Shown here: positions 42,263 through 51,571 of the stretch, one piece after another
How the letters are laid out: every line of letters starts with the position of its first letter
How positions within the stretch are numbered: the stretch's first letter is position 1
Origin: a bacterium
GTDB taxonomy: Bacteria > Desulfobacterota > DSWW01
Assembly (NCBI GenBank): GCA_040756235.1
Contig: JBFLZG010000126.1
Location: 32,001-96,000 of the forward strand
DNA: 64,000 bases
Reading direction: 5' to 3'
Position numbers and translations under genes: made by a program
The notes under the pieces: model-generated
The model's input: the letters and a program-made list of their open reading frames with translations, nothing else
What the model was told of the DNA's origin: nothing
Databases searched by the model: none

Positions 42263-43373
42263 AGAACTCAACGGCGAAGATCTCGGATTTGGCTATGATG
42301 AGTATGCGCCGCAGGTGAAGCACCACTATCCGGAGGCTTACGCGGTTTTCGGGCAAGCGTACCTGCACCTCTACCGCGTGACGGGCGATCCGGCCTACCT
42401 CGGGTGGGCGAAGTCCAGTGCGGGCTGGCTGGTGAGGAACCCCAGCCCCAGGTACAGGAACCTGTCCTGGGGTCTGCCGTGGAGATGGGACCGATGGGAG
42501 GCCCCCGCGGATCTGTCCTACCTGATCACGACCGCCCTGGTCGGGAAATTCCTGGTCCAGCTCTTCGAGGCGACCGGGGAAACCGTCTATCTGGATGGCT
42601 GTCGGTCCGTCGCCAAGTGGATCGTGGATGAGAACGGGTATACGGAGAGCGGTGACGGTGTGCTCTTTTTTTACGCGAACCATCCTCCTCTGCGGTTCCC
42701 CGTGCTGAACCCGAGTGTGGTCGCATCCTGCTTCCTGGCCAGGATGGCAGCCATCATCGGTGAGCCGCACTGGCGGGACCTCTCGGAACGGGGGTTCGGA
42801 TACGCCGCGCGCAGTCAGAACCCCGACGGCTCGTGGCATTACTCTGAAGAGCGCAGATTTCCGGACAGCTTCCACACCGCCCTGGTGCTGGAAGCGCTGC
42901 AAGATTATCTGCGCCTCTCGCCCGGGAACCCGAGCATTCAACGATGCCTGGAGAGGGGCTTGAGCTTCTACCGTCGCAGGCTCTTTACCAGGAACGGGAG
43001 AGGGATGGAGGTTCTTCCCCCATGGCACAAGCGGGCGAACCCGCTCTTCCTCTACCGGAAACACGTGAGCGGGAAGATACGGTCGGCACCGGCGCGACTG
43101 TGGTCATACGGGGCGGCCGTCCGGCTCTTTGCCAAACAAGGCGCCGGCTCTGCTTTTCACAGGTTCTGTCTGGATCTTCTGGCCCATGTGCTGGAAGATT
43201 TCCAGCTTCCGAATGGCGCCTTCCGCTACCGGATGCAGGATGAGCGTACCTTCGTCCGGCACGAGGCTCACATCATGGACGGGCTGGCGACGATGCTTGA
43301 AGAGGAGCAGCGGAGGGCACGATCTCAGGACCCCGAAACAGACTCCTGCGCGACACGGTCATGTATGCTATAG
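42177..43373 (+). CDS. Hypothetical alpha/alpha-toroid protein, resembling 40222-41367
   Basis: WGLP..W, QNPDGSWHY, DSFHT and FQLPNGAF.Y motifs; start uncertain. Confidence 0.6.
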   Translation: MAGNLRNAAAVTLRERLQESLLRLHRWREELNGEDLGFGYDEYAPQVKHHYPEAYAVFGQAYLHLYRVTGDPAYLGWAKSSAGWLVRNPSPRYRNLSWGLPWRWDRWEAPADLSYLITTALVGKFLVQLFEATGETVYLDGCRSVAKWIVDENGYTESGDGVLFFYANHPPLRFPVLNPSVVASCFLARMAAIIGEPHWRDLSERGFGYAARSQNPDGSWHYSEERRFPDSFHTALVLEALQDYLRLSPGNPSIQRCLERGLSFYRRRLFTRNGRGMEVLPPWHKRANPLFLYRKHVSGKIRSAPARLWSYGAAVRLFAKQGAGSAFHRFCLDLLAHVLEDFQLPNGAFRYRMQDERTFVRHEAHIMDGLATMLEEEQRRARSQDPETDSCATRSCML

Positions 43374-43467
43374 TGGCGCCCGCCCGGAGAAAGACATGTT
43401 CCCGGAAGAGGTTCGGATGCAGGTTCTCTTGCGGAAGGGGCGTTCTCTTCGTGGAAACGGCACGGCC

Positions 43468-44577
43468 ATGAAACATATCCTTACCGTGGTGGGAGCCCGG
43501 CCGCAGTTCATCAAGGCGGCGATCGTGTCGCGGGCCATGGCCTCTCAAGGGAGGCTCCGCGAAACCATGGTCCACACCGGCCAGCACTATGACGATACAC
43601 TGTCCAGGGTCTTCTTCGAGGACCTGCAGATTCCGCCTCCGGCGCACAACCTGGGGGTCGGCTCCGGCCCGCACGGACAGCAGACCGCGAGGATGCTGGA
43701 GGGGCTGGAGAGGATCCTGCTCGAAGACCGCCCGGACAGCCTGCTCGTCTACGGAGACACCAACTCGACCCTGGCCGGGGCGCTGGCCGCGGCCAAGCTC
43801 AACGTTCCGATCGGGCACGTCGAGGCCGGTCTGCGTTCCTTCAACAGGAGAATGCCCGAGGAGATAAACCGTGTGGTCTGCGACCATCTCTCCAGCTCTC
43901 TGTTCGCGCCGACGCAAGCCGCGGCCGAGAACCTCGCGCGAGAAGGCCTTCCTCGTGAGCGTATCCATCTCACCGGCGACGTCATGTATGACGCCTCTCT
44001 CTATTTCGCCGCTCGGGCGGAACAAGGGAGCTCCGTGCTCGGCACACTGGGCCTGAGGCCGAGAGAGTACGTCTTGACGACGATACACAGGGCCGAAAAC
44101 ACGGACCAAGCCCTCCGACTGGCGGCGATCATCGAGGCGCTATGCGCGTTCGGGCGGGAGTTTCCGATCGTGTTCCCGCTCCACCCCCGGACCCGAGACA
44201 GGCTGGAGCGGGGTCAACTCCTTTCTCGGGTCCACGCGCGGCTCCGAGCGGTCGAGCCGGCCGGGTACCTGGACATGCTCGTCCTGGAGAAGAACGCCAG
44301 GCTGATCGTCACGGACTCCGGAGGCGTGCAGAAGGAGGCTTATTTCTATCGAGTTCCCTGCCTCACCCTGCGCGACGAGACGGAGTGGGTCGAGCTGGTG
44401 GCGGCGGGTTGGAATCGGTGCGTGTCTCCGCTCCTGGGCGCGGGCAAGATCTGCGAGGCCATGCGGGAGGCCTGCGTTTCCTTCCGGCCGCCCCCCTGGT
44501 CCGATTCGCTGTACGGGAACGGCAGAGCCTCTCAAATCATCGCCGATATTCTCGCACAGGAGGGACCCTCATCGTGA
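43468..44577 (+). CDS. wecB: Non-hydrolysing UDP-GlcNAc-type 2-epimerase (WecB/WbpI family)
   Basis: GARPQFIK, HTGQHYD, GDTNSTL, HVEAGLRS, MPEEINR, TDSGGVQKEA and ETEW motifs. Confidence 0.92.
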   Translation: MKHILTVVGARPQFIKAAIVSRAMASQGRLRETMVHTGQHYDDTLSRVFFEDLQIPPPAHNLGVGSGPHGQQTARMLEGLERILLEDRPDSLLVYGDTNSTLAGALAAAKLNVPIGHVEAGLRSFNRRMPEEINRVVCDHLSSSLFAPTQAAAENLAREGLPRERIHLTGDVMYDASLYFAARAEQGSSVLGTLGLRPREYVLTTIHRAENTDQALRLAAIIEALCAFGREFPIVFPLHPRTRDRLERGQLLSRVHARLRAVEPAGYLDMLVLEKNARLIVTDSGGVQKEAYFYRVPCLTLRDETEWVELVAAGWNRCVSPLLGAGKICEAMREACVSFRPPPWSDSLYGNGRASQIIADILAQEGPSS

Positions 44578-45830
44578 GCATCGATCCGGCCGTTCGGCGG
44601 GAAGCCGATGCGTTCGGCTTTCTGAGAGAGAGCGTGTCGATCTACGTTCTCGCCGCGCTGACCTACCGCGACACCCACGCCCGGAAGCACGCGTTCGTGG
44701 AAGAGCTGTGCAGGCGGGGTTTCGAGGCCGTCTACGTCGAGAAGCCGTCCAGCCGGAATTCGATCCTGGGCAAAGCCATAACCCTGAACCGATCGCGACC
44801 GTGGCTCTGCGTCGAGAAGCAGTATGTCACCTTGCCTTCCGGAGTTCGGGTTCTTGCCGTGCCGAAGAAGGCCTCGGCCTTCGGCGTACGCCTCTATCCC
44901 GGCCGCAGGGCCTCGGAGTGGCTCGTCAACAAGTGGCTCAGGGAGTACTTCCGAGGGGTCCGGGACGGTTCGCCCAAGAAGATCTTGTGCCTGGCGACGA
45001 CGCCCGCCTGGGAACCCCTGGTTCGTGGAATCGAGTTCGATTACTTCTGTTACGACTGCGTCGATGCGCTTTCCGTGCTTCGCAGGGGCTATGGCGAGAA
45101 CGTCTTTCGCCAAATGGAGCGGGCTCTGGTCGAGCGCAGCGATTTCCTCATCACCCCGACCGAACCGCTGGCCGAGCACTTGCGAGCCATGGCCGGGCAG
45201 AAGGAAGTCATCGTGATCCCCAACGGCGTGGACCTCGAGCTCTTCCAGCGAAACCGCCTGAAGGTCCCCGAGCGCCTGGCGGAGATTGCCAGACCCCGAG
45301 TCGGGTACGTGGGGCAGATCGCCGATTTCATCGACACCGATCTCATCTGCCGCGCGGCTCGAGCTCTGCCGGAGTATTCCTTCGTCCTGGTTGGAAACAT
45401 CAGCTCTCGCAGGGGAGTGGAGACGCTCCTTGGCCAGAGCAACGTTTATCCGCTGGGGTTCCTGCCTTTCGAGCAGATCCCGGGTGTGGTCGACGGCCTC
45501 GACGTTTGTCTGAACCCCTTTCGAGCGGGCTCGATCGCGGACGTGACGAAGCCGGTGAAACTGTACGAGTACCTCGCCCTGGGAAAGCCCGTGGTCTCGA
45601 CACACATGCCGCAGCTCCTGGAGCTCGGAGACCGGATCTATATGGCGCGGACCGAGGACGAATTCGTCCGGATGATTCGCCTGGCCGTCGCGGAGAGGGA
45701 TCCGGCCCGCGTGAAGCGACGCATCGAATACGCAGGCCGCAATACCTGGCAGGCAAGGGTCGATCAGTTTCTTGCAGGCGTGATCCGAAATTCCCTTTCC
45801 GCCGTCCGGCTCGCTGCCTCAAGAAGATGA
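44574..45830 (+). CDS. GT4 glycosyltransferase (TuaH-like)
   Basis: YDCVD, PNGVD, GYVG and P.KLYEYLALGKPVVST motifs; GTGA overlap with wecB. Confidence 0.85.
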   Translation: MSIDPAVRREADAFGFLRESVSIYVLAALTYRDTHARKHAFVEELCRRGFEAVYVEKPSSRNSILGKAITLNRSRPWLCVEKQYVTLPSGVRVLAVPKKASAFGVRLYPGRRASEWLVNKWLREYFRGVRDGSPKKILCLATTPAWEPLVRGIEFDYFCYDCVDALSVLRRGYGENVFRQMERALVERSDFLITPTEPLAEHLRAMAGQKEVIVIPNGVDLELFQRNRLKVPERLAEIARPRVGYVGQIADFIDTDLICRAARALPEYSFVLVGNISSRRGVETLLGQSNVYPLGFLPFEQIPGVVDGLDVCLNPFRAGSIADVTKPVKLYEYLALGKPVVSTHMPQLLELGDRIYMARTEDEFVRMIRLAVAERDPARVKRRIEYAGRNTWQARVDQFLAGVIRNSLSAVRLAASRR

Positions 45831-45935
45831 CCCGCTCCATTGATGTTGCCGAAGTCGAGATCGTATAATAGGCCGAGATGCCGGGCCGACGGGATTGCCC
45901 GACCATTGCCCGGCGCTCGCAGGTCGGAGACCGAG

Positions 45936-46487
45936 ATGCCCAAAGAGACCAAGTATTCCCCCGGCTTTCTGATCGCCGTGCCGCAGCTGCTGGACCCCAA
46001 CTTCTATCATGCCGTGGTCCTGCTCATCGAGCACACGAACGAGGGGGCCATGGGCCTGACCATCAACCATCCGCTGGAGCGATCGATCAAGAGCCTCTAC
46101 GATCAGATGGGACGTCCGTGGTTCGGCGATGACAAGGCATTCCTCATGCGCGGCGGTCCGGTGCAGCCGGAGCAGGCCTGGATCCTGCATGGGCCGGGCT
46201 GCCCTACGGGCGCCACCTACAGGGTCACCGACGGAATCTATCTCAACACCTCTCTGGACGCTCTGGATGCGCTCTCCAAGGGCCGTCTCCCGTTCCGCTT
46301 CATGGTCGGTTACGCGGGTTGGGGGCCGGGGCAGCTCGACCGCGAGATCCAGGAGGGCGCCTGGATCCTTTCCGAGACCGATTCCGCTCTCGTCTTCGAG
46401 ACCCCCGCGGAAAGCGTATGGGACCTGAGTCTCCGCAACATGGGCATCGACCCTGCCATGCTGGTGCCCACAACGGGGATCCATTAG
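45936..46487 (+). CDS. YqgE/AlgH family protein
   Basis: FLIA.P.L.DPNF, GAMGL.IN, GGPV and GYAGWGPGQL motifs. Confidence 0.93.
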   Translation: MPKETKYSPGFLIAVPQLLDPNFYHAVVLLIEHTNEGAMGLTINHPLERSIKSLYDQMGRPWFGDDKAFLMRGGPVQPEQAWILHGPGCPTGATYRVTDGIYLNTSLDALDALSKGRLPFRFMVGYAGWGPGQLDREIQEGAWILSETDSALVFETPAESVWDLSLRNMGIDPAMLVPTTGIH

Positions 46488-46690
46488 GAGGCTGTCCGTA
46501 AATGCCCATCTGCGGAGCCTGTTGCGAGCGAAGCGAAGCAATCCCCCCGGCACCGTACCGCTGCGGCCAGCGGTCACCCGGAGTTTCCTCGTCGCTCGAG
46601 ATCCTCGGAACAGGCCTCAGAACTTCGCCTGCCTTGCATCTGGACATTTCTGAACAGCCTCCAGGAGCCGAATTCTCGGACAGGCTCCTA
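46485..46690. mobile_element. MITE-like element, copy A
   Basis: TIRs TAGGAGGCTGTCCG / CGGACAGGCTCCTA (13/14); internal similarity to copies B-D. Confidence 0.7.
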
Positions 46691-46740
46691 GATCGAATGG
46701 AAGGCACCGTCCCTCCTGTCCCCAAGATCCTCCTCGAGAG

Positions 46741-48210
46741 TTGACCAAGGAGCCGGCCTTGCACGAGATCAAAGAGGCTTGCGGCATCTTCGGCGCCTTT
46801 GGCGCCCCTGAGGCCGCTTACGAGGTCTATTGCGGTCTCTACGCGCTTCAGCATCGGGGGCAGGAGAGTGCGGGGATCGTCTCGTCGGACGGGGAGAACA
46901 TCCGCTCGCACAAGGGCATGGGGCTCGTCGGCAACGTCTTCAGCCGGGAGGTCTTCAAGTCTTTGGTGGGAGAGATCGCGATCGGGCACGTTCGATATTC
47001 GACGACCGGATCCTCCCGCATCCAGAATATCCAGCCCCTGGTCGTGCGTTACGCCAAAGGTCTGCTGGCCATCTCGCACAACGGCAACATCGTGAACGCG
47101 AGGAGGCTCAAGCGGAGCCACGAGAAGAGCGGCTCCATCTATCAGACCGGCACCGACTCGGAGGTGCTCGCTCATCTGCTGGCGCGCCCCTCCCATCAGA
47201 AGCTGCAGGATCCGCTGGCCCACTGCCTGGCCCATCTGCAGGGGTCGTTCTCCTTCCTGCTCCTGGAGCGAGACCGGATCGTCGGCATCCGGGATCCTCA
47301 CGGCTTCCGGCCCCTGGTGCTGGGCAGGCGCGGCAAGGCCTTCTTTCTCGCCTCCGAGACCTGCGCCTTCGATCTGATCCGGGCCGATTACGTCCGTTCC
47401 CTCGAGCCGGGCGAGATCCTCACCATCACCAAGGGGGGGCTCCGGTCGGACCGGATCGAGGGGGTGCGGCCGCAACGCATGGCCCACTGTATCTTCGAGC
47501 TCATCTACTTCGCGCGGCCGGACAGCATCGTGTTCGACCAGAGCGTGCACAGCGTGCGGGTGGAATTCGGCCGCATGCTCGCGCGGGAGGCGCCGGTGGA
47601 GGCCGATTTCGTGATCCCGGTGCCGGACTCCGGGATCTCGCCGGCCATCGGGTACGCCCACGCCTCCGGCATCCCTTTCGAGAGGGGATTCATCCGCAAC
47701 CACTACGTGGGCAGGACGTTCATCGAGCCCGAGCAGTCGGGCCGCGTGGAGGGCGTCCGGTTCAAGCTGAACGTGGTCAAGGACGTGGTCCGAAACCGCA
47801 GGCTCGTGGTGGTGGACGATTCGATCATCCGCGGGACGACCTCCCGGTCGCGGGTCCAGGCCCTGCGCGACGCGGGGGCTCGGGAGATCCATCTCCGCAT
47901 CGCCTCCCCGCCCTGCAAGCATCCCTGCTACTTCGGCATCGACTTCCCGAGCTCCCGGGAGCTGATCGCCTCGAAGAAGAGCACGGAACAGATCCGCAAG
48001 TACCTCGGGGTGGAGAGCCTCGCCTACCTGCAGATCGACTCCATGCTTGCGTGCGTGCTCCAGCCGCGGCACGATTACTGCCACGCCTGCTTTTCCGGCT
48101 CCTACCCGGTGGCCGTGAAGAGCCGGCGGTCGAAGCTCGACCTCGAGTCCGACGGCTCATCGGCCGCGACGGCGGACGAGGCGGGGCCGACCGGCCTCGT
48201 CGCTAGGTAG
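46741..48210 (+). CDS. purF: Amidophosphoribosyltransferase (propeptide/Fe-S type)
   Basis: EACGIFG, LQHRGQE, GHVRYST, HNGN, VDDSIIRGTT and Fe-S cysteines (CIFE, CYFG, CHAC). Confidence 0.96.
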   Translation: MTKEPALHEIKEACGIFGAFGAPEAAYEVYCGLYALQHRGQESAGIVSSDGENIRSHKGMGLVGNVFSREVFKSLVGEIAIGHVRYSTTGSSRIQNIQPLVVRYAKGLLAISHNGNIVNARRLKRSHEKSGSIYQTGTDSEVLAHLLARPSHQKLQDPLAHCLAHLQGSFSFLLLERDRIVGIRDPHGFRPLVLGRRGKAFFLASETCAFDLIRADYVRSLEPGEILTITKGGLRSDRIEGVRPQRMAHCIFELIYFARPDSIVFDQSVHSVRVEFGRMLAREAPVEADFVIPVPDSGISPAIGYAHASGIPFERGFIRNHYVGRTFIEPEQSGRVEGVRFKLNVVKDVVRNRRLVVVDDSIIRGTTSRSRVQALRDAGAREIHLRIASPPCKHPCYFGIDFPSSRELIASKKSTEQIRKYLGVESLAYLQIDSMLACVLQPRHDYCHACFSGSYPVAVKSRRSKLDLESDGSSAATADEAGPTGLVAR

Positions 48211-48402
48211 AGCCTGTCCCAACAGGCTCGATTTCAGAGGCTGTTCAAGAATGCCCAGATGCAAGGCGCACGAGGTCCTGAGGAACGAGGCGTACATGGA
48301 AGTACGCCGCAGTGACCCCGGCTTTCGCCGGGGCAGGCTGCCCCAGGACCTCCACGCCACATGAGCGCAACGCCGCAGATGGGCGTTTTGGGACAGCCTC
48401 TA
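48208..48402. mobile_element. MITE-like element, copy B
   Basis: TIRs TAGAGCCTGTCCCAA / TTGGGACAGCCTCTA (14/15); fills the entire purF-MFS gap. Confidence 0.75.
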
Positions 48403-49662
48403 GGTAATGCTCGGCGGGTCCGCAAGGCCTGCGGCCACCCGGGGCCTCGCGCAGGCCACCAGCCACGGCCAGGCGAGCGAGATCCCGGCCCCCAGGCCGA
48501 AGACGATGCCGTACCCCCCGAAACGATCGGCCAGCCAGCCCGAGGCCGCCCCGACGCCCATCTTGCCGAGCAGTTCGACCGCGGCCAGCACCGTGAAGTG
48601 GGTTGCGCCGACCCGCCGGTCGCACCAGTCCATCATGAATGCGAACAGGATCGGCGTCAGCATGCCTCCGGCGAAATGCTCGGCCAGCGTCACCGGATAG
48701 ACCACCCAGGGCGAGAGCGGCGTGCCGAGAGAGGGCAGCACGGCGATGGCGATCAGCGGGAGCGCCCGGACCAGGCCTACCTTGAACAGGGCGTCGAGGC
48801 GACCGGACCCGGTTGCCAGCCAGCCTCCCGCCGCGGTCCCGGCCAGACTGAGGACCATTCCCCAGCCCCCGGCGAGGACGCCGATGGATGAGATCTGCAT
48901 GCCCGAATCGAGCAGGAATACCTTGTACATGGCGTCGATCATCGCCTCGCCCGTCTTGTACGTGAGAATCAGCACGAGCGCCCATGAAAATCCGGGTCGC
49001 CGTGCCAATTCCACCACGGACCGGACGATTTCCAGGGTCCGCGGAAAAGCCCGAGCGGCGCGGCTGCGCGAAGGCGGCTCCGGGTAGCCCGCGAGGACCA
49101 GGAGTACGAGCAGACAGACCAGGCTCATGGCGATGCAGATGCCGTTCCAGCCGATCCGCCCGGAAAGCCCCAGGAGCAGACCTCCGGTCAGGAGCATCCC
49201 CACCTTGAACCCGGCCACTTGAGCCACGTTTCCGGGCCCCCGCTCGGCTGGCGAGAGCGCGTCCACGGCCAGGCCGTCGACGGCGATGTCCTGAGTAGCC
49301 GTGATCAGGTTGACCGCCAGAACGGTCAGGAGCAGGAGGAGGACCGATCCGCCGGGCTTCGGTTCAACGAAGGAGAGCAAAACGGTCATGGCCGCCAGGG
49401 TGCCCATGCAGGGCAGGATCCAGCTCTTTCTCCTGCCCAGCGAGGGCCAGGCGAAGCGGTCGACCAGGGGGGCCCAAAGAGGCTTCAGAAACCAGGGAGC
49501 ACCCAGCAGGGAGTAAAACCCGATCGAGGTCCGGCTCCATCCTCCCTGGCGCAGGAAAAGCGGCAAGGCGGTGACGAAGAAACCGTAGGGCAGCCCCTGG
49601 GCCAGGTACAGGAGGAAGAGAACGGTAAAGCGGTAAGCGAACGGCTTCGGGCGGGCCGGCAT
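48400..49662 (-). CDS. MFS permease, AmpG/RhtX-like
   Basis: LYLAQGLPYG, LKPLWAPLVD, GRRKSW, ATQDIAVDG and ATHFT motifs. Confidence 0.88.
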   Translation of the reverse strand: MPARPKPFAYRFTVLFLLYLAQGLPYGFFVTALPLFLRQGGWSRTSIGFYSLLGAPWFLKPLWAPLVDRFAWPSLGRRKSWILPCMGTLAAMTVLLSFVEPKPGGSVLLLLLTVLAVNLITATQDIAVDGLAVDALSPAERGPGNVAQVAGFKVGMLLTGGLLLGLSGRIGWNGICIAMSLVCLLVLLVLAGYPEPPSRSRAARAFPRTLEIVRSVVELARRPGFSWALVLILTYKTGEAMIDAMYKVFLLDSGMQISSIGVLAGGWGMVLSLAGTAAGGWLATGSGRLDALFKVGLVRALPLIAIAVLPSLGTPLSPWVVYPVTLAEHFAGGMLTPILFAFMMDWCDRRVGATHFTVLAAVELLGKMGVGAASGWLADRFGGYGIVFGLGAGISLAWPWLVACARPRVAAGLADPPSIT

Positions 49663-49736
49663 GGCAGGGCCGGTCCCGGCGGATGACCCGGCCGGATCAG
49701 AGCCATCGAGGTCGGTCGAGGAGGTCAGAGCCAAGC

Positions 49737-50489
49737 TTACATCAGCCCCAGCTTCATGGCGATGGAGAACGCGAATTTCTCCAGCCGACCCATGCGCCAG
49801 TAGGCTCCCGCGTTGTCGAGTTTGTCGAGGGTCGAGATCATGTCCGCGAGGTATTCGCTCATATGTGAGAAGTAGTCCGGCTGCCTTCGGTTGGTGAAGT
49901 AGGGGCGCGAGAAAAGCCGCATCAGATCTGCGGTCGGGATGATTCCGGCGCGCGTCTTCTCCTGGAAGCCCTTCCAATTGCGAAGGTGTTCTTCCGACCG
50001 GAAGAAGTTCATGGTGCTTCACGAGTACGGCACGTTGAACATCCACCTCCCGATGGGGACCGACACACAGCCGATCAGGCCCTTCGGGTCCTCGGCCTCG
50101 ATCTTGCCGTCCTTCACCTCTACCCGCACGGGCTCGCCGCAATCGAGGCACACCGAATCGATTCGCACCGTCTTGCCCGGAAAGAGCCAGCAGACCGCCA
50201 GCGATTCGAACGCTCACTGGCCGAACCACTTCTGCACGCCGTCGACCGTGATACGGTAGTGCGTCGGGAGATTGTTGAAAGGGGCGAACGAGACGATGTT
50301 GTCGGTCTTGGGGAAGAGCCAACCCGGAAAGCCGCGGGTCGAGAAGAGCTCGTGGAGGGCTTCGCGACCTTGCGCGGGCGAGACTCCCAGCCCCGCCGCG
50401 ATCTCCGTGTAGTGGGGAGCCTGTCCGGTGGCGATCATGCGCTCGAGGATGATGTGAAAGGTCTTGTCTTTGCGGCCGGGCTCGGGCAT
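49737..50489 (-). CDS. MerB-like (alkylmercury lyase fold) protein with two selenocysteines (U92, U157), 250 aa
   Basis: ATG 50489 with RBS AAGGAGGT. Single frame through TGA 50216-50214 (KWFGQ-U-AFESL) and TGA 50021-50019 (VPYS-U-STMNFFRSEEH) to TAA 49737. The two halves appear as separate ORFs in the track. Confidence 0.88.
49989..50006 (-). promoter_or_regulatory. Bacterial SECIS element 2
   Basis: UGA + 12 nt + UUCUUCC-GGUC-GGAAGAA (perfect 7-bp stem). Confidence 0.82.
50186..50202 (-). promoter_or_regulatory. Bacterial SECIS element 1
   Basis: UGA + 11 nt + GCUGGC-GGUCU-GCUGGC (6-bp stem with 2 G-U pairs). Confidence 0.8.
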
Positions 50490-50665
50490 GTCCGCACCTC
50501 CTTGCGAAGATTTCGAGAATTCGGAACCGCACAACCCGAGGACGAGCTGACTATACCACGAGTTGCCGGGGAGTCTTCAAACAAAAAAAACAAGGTTACC
50601 GATCGGATGTCTGTCAGGGGATGAAACAGCCGTGCTCGGCAGCCCGTTGCAACACTCGCTCCGAG

Positions 50666-50815
50666 CAGGCCGTTCAAAAAGGTCCAGATGCAAGGCGCGC
50701 GAAGGTTGAGGAACGAGGCTTCCCGTAACGGCGGGAGGGCGGGGAGCCTGTCCCGGCGAAGGCCGGCAACGATCAACGAGCGCAACGCAGCAGATGGGCC
50801 TTTTTCAACGGCCTG
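50666..50815. mobile_element. MITE-like element, copy C
   Basis: TIRs CAGGCCGTTCAAAAAGG / CCTTTTTCAACGGCCTG (16/17); shares CAGATGCAAGGCGC, GAGGAACGAGGC and GAGCGCAACGC.GCAGATGGGC with copy B. Confidence 0.75.
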
Positions 50816-51328
50816 TCAGCGCTTGCGGGTGAGCCAGACTTGCACGGCCGCCCCGGCGATCCAGCTGAGAACAGCCACCGCCTGCGCCGTCTGAACAGGG
50901 TTCTCGGCGGCCCAGGGGACCCTTCCCAGGGTCGCCTGTGAGATGAGGAGAGCGCCTGCCGCCGAGGTCAGGAAGATCAGGATCCAGCGGGACATGAGCA
51001 GCGCGAACAGACCGCCGACAAGAGCCGCCGCCAGAATCAGCCCCCTCTCGAGATCGAGCGTCAGAGCGGCCCCTCCGCCGAGGCAGACACCGAGAAAGAA
51101 CAGGCCGGCCCGCAGGAACAACCAGAGGAGCAGAGCGCCCAGAACGGCTCCTACGGCGGCGCCGACCACGGCCGCCGTGCCGCTGCCTGCCAGGTAGTGG
51201 CTCAGGAAATAACCGGACCCGCCGCCCACGACGAGACCGAAGGCGAGCACGGAGATGCGGAACAGGGGGTAGCCGGCAAAACAGAGAAGGATGCCCAGCA
51301 GAGGCGCATAGGGAGGCGAGTGTACCAT
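50816..51328 (-). CDS. Small Gly-rich multi-pass membrane protein (DUF4203-like)
   Basis: LCFAGY.LFR...FG..GG start and about 6 hydrophobic segments. Confidence 0.65.
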   Translation of the reverse strand: MVHSPPYAPLLGILLCFAGYPLFRISVLAFGLVVGGGSGYFLSHYLAGSGTAAVVGAAVGAVLGALLLWLFLRAGLFFLGVCLGGGAALTLDLERGLILAAALVGGLFALLMSRWILIFLTSAAGALLISQATLGRVPWAAENPVQTAQAVAVLSWIAGAAVQVWLTRKR

Positions 51329-51571
51329 GCTCTTTGCACCATGCCCCTTGCGAGAGGCTGTCGACAAATGGCCACCTGCGGCGTGCGCTCATGGCCAATG
51401 GAGGCGGGTGGAGTCCAGTGACCCTCGTTCCTCAGGTTTCGGCATGGCCACCGTTTTGCAACCCTGGGGCACGTTCCCTAAAATAGATCGATGCCGAAGG
51501 GAACACAAGCACGGCAGGTGAGCCCGGGCTCACGAACGTTGGCCAACCCGTTCTTATTGGAGCATGGGGTC

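Noticed and set aside
49737..50489. Pseudogene interpretation of the MerB-like gene (two nonsense mutations)
   Set aside because: Both stops are TGA, both align with catalytic Cys positions and both have SECIS-like hairpins; there is no frameshift.
48400..50532. 710-aa ORF suggesting a long N-terminal extension on the MFS permease
   Set aside because: The extension overlaps the Sec-MerB gene in another frame; MFS similarity begins at ATG 49662.
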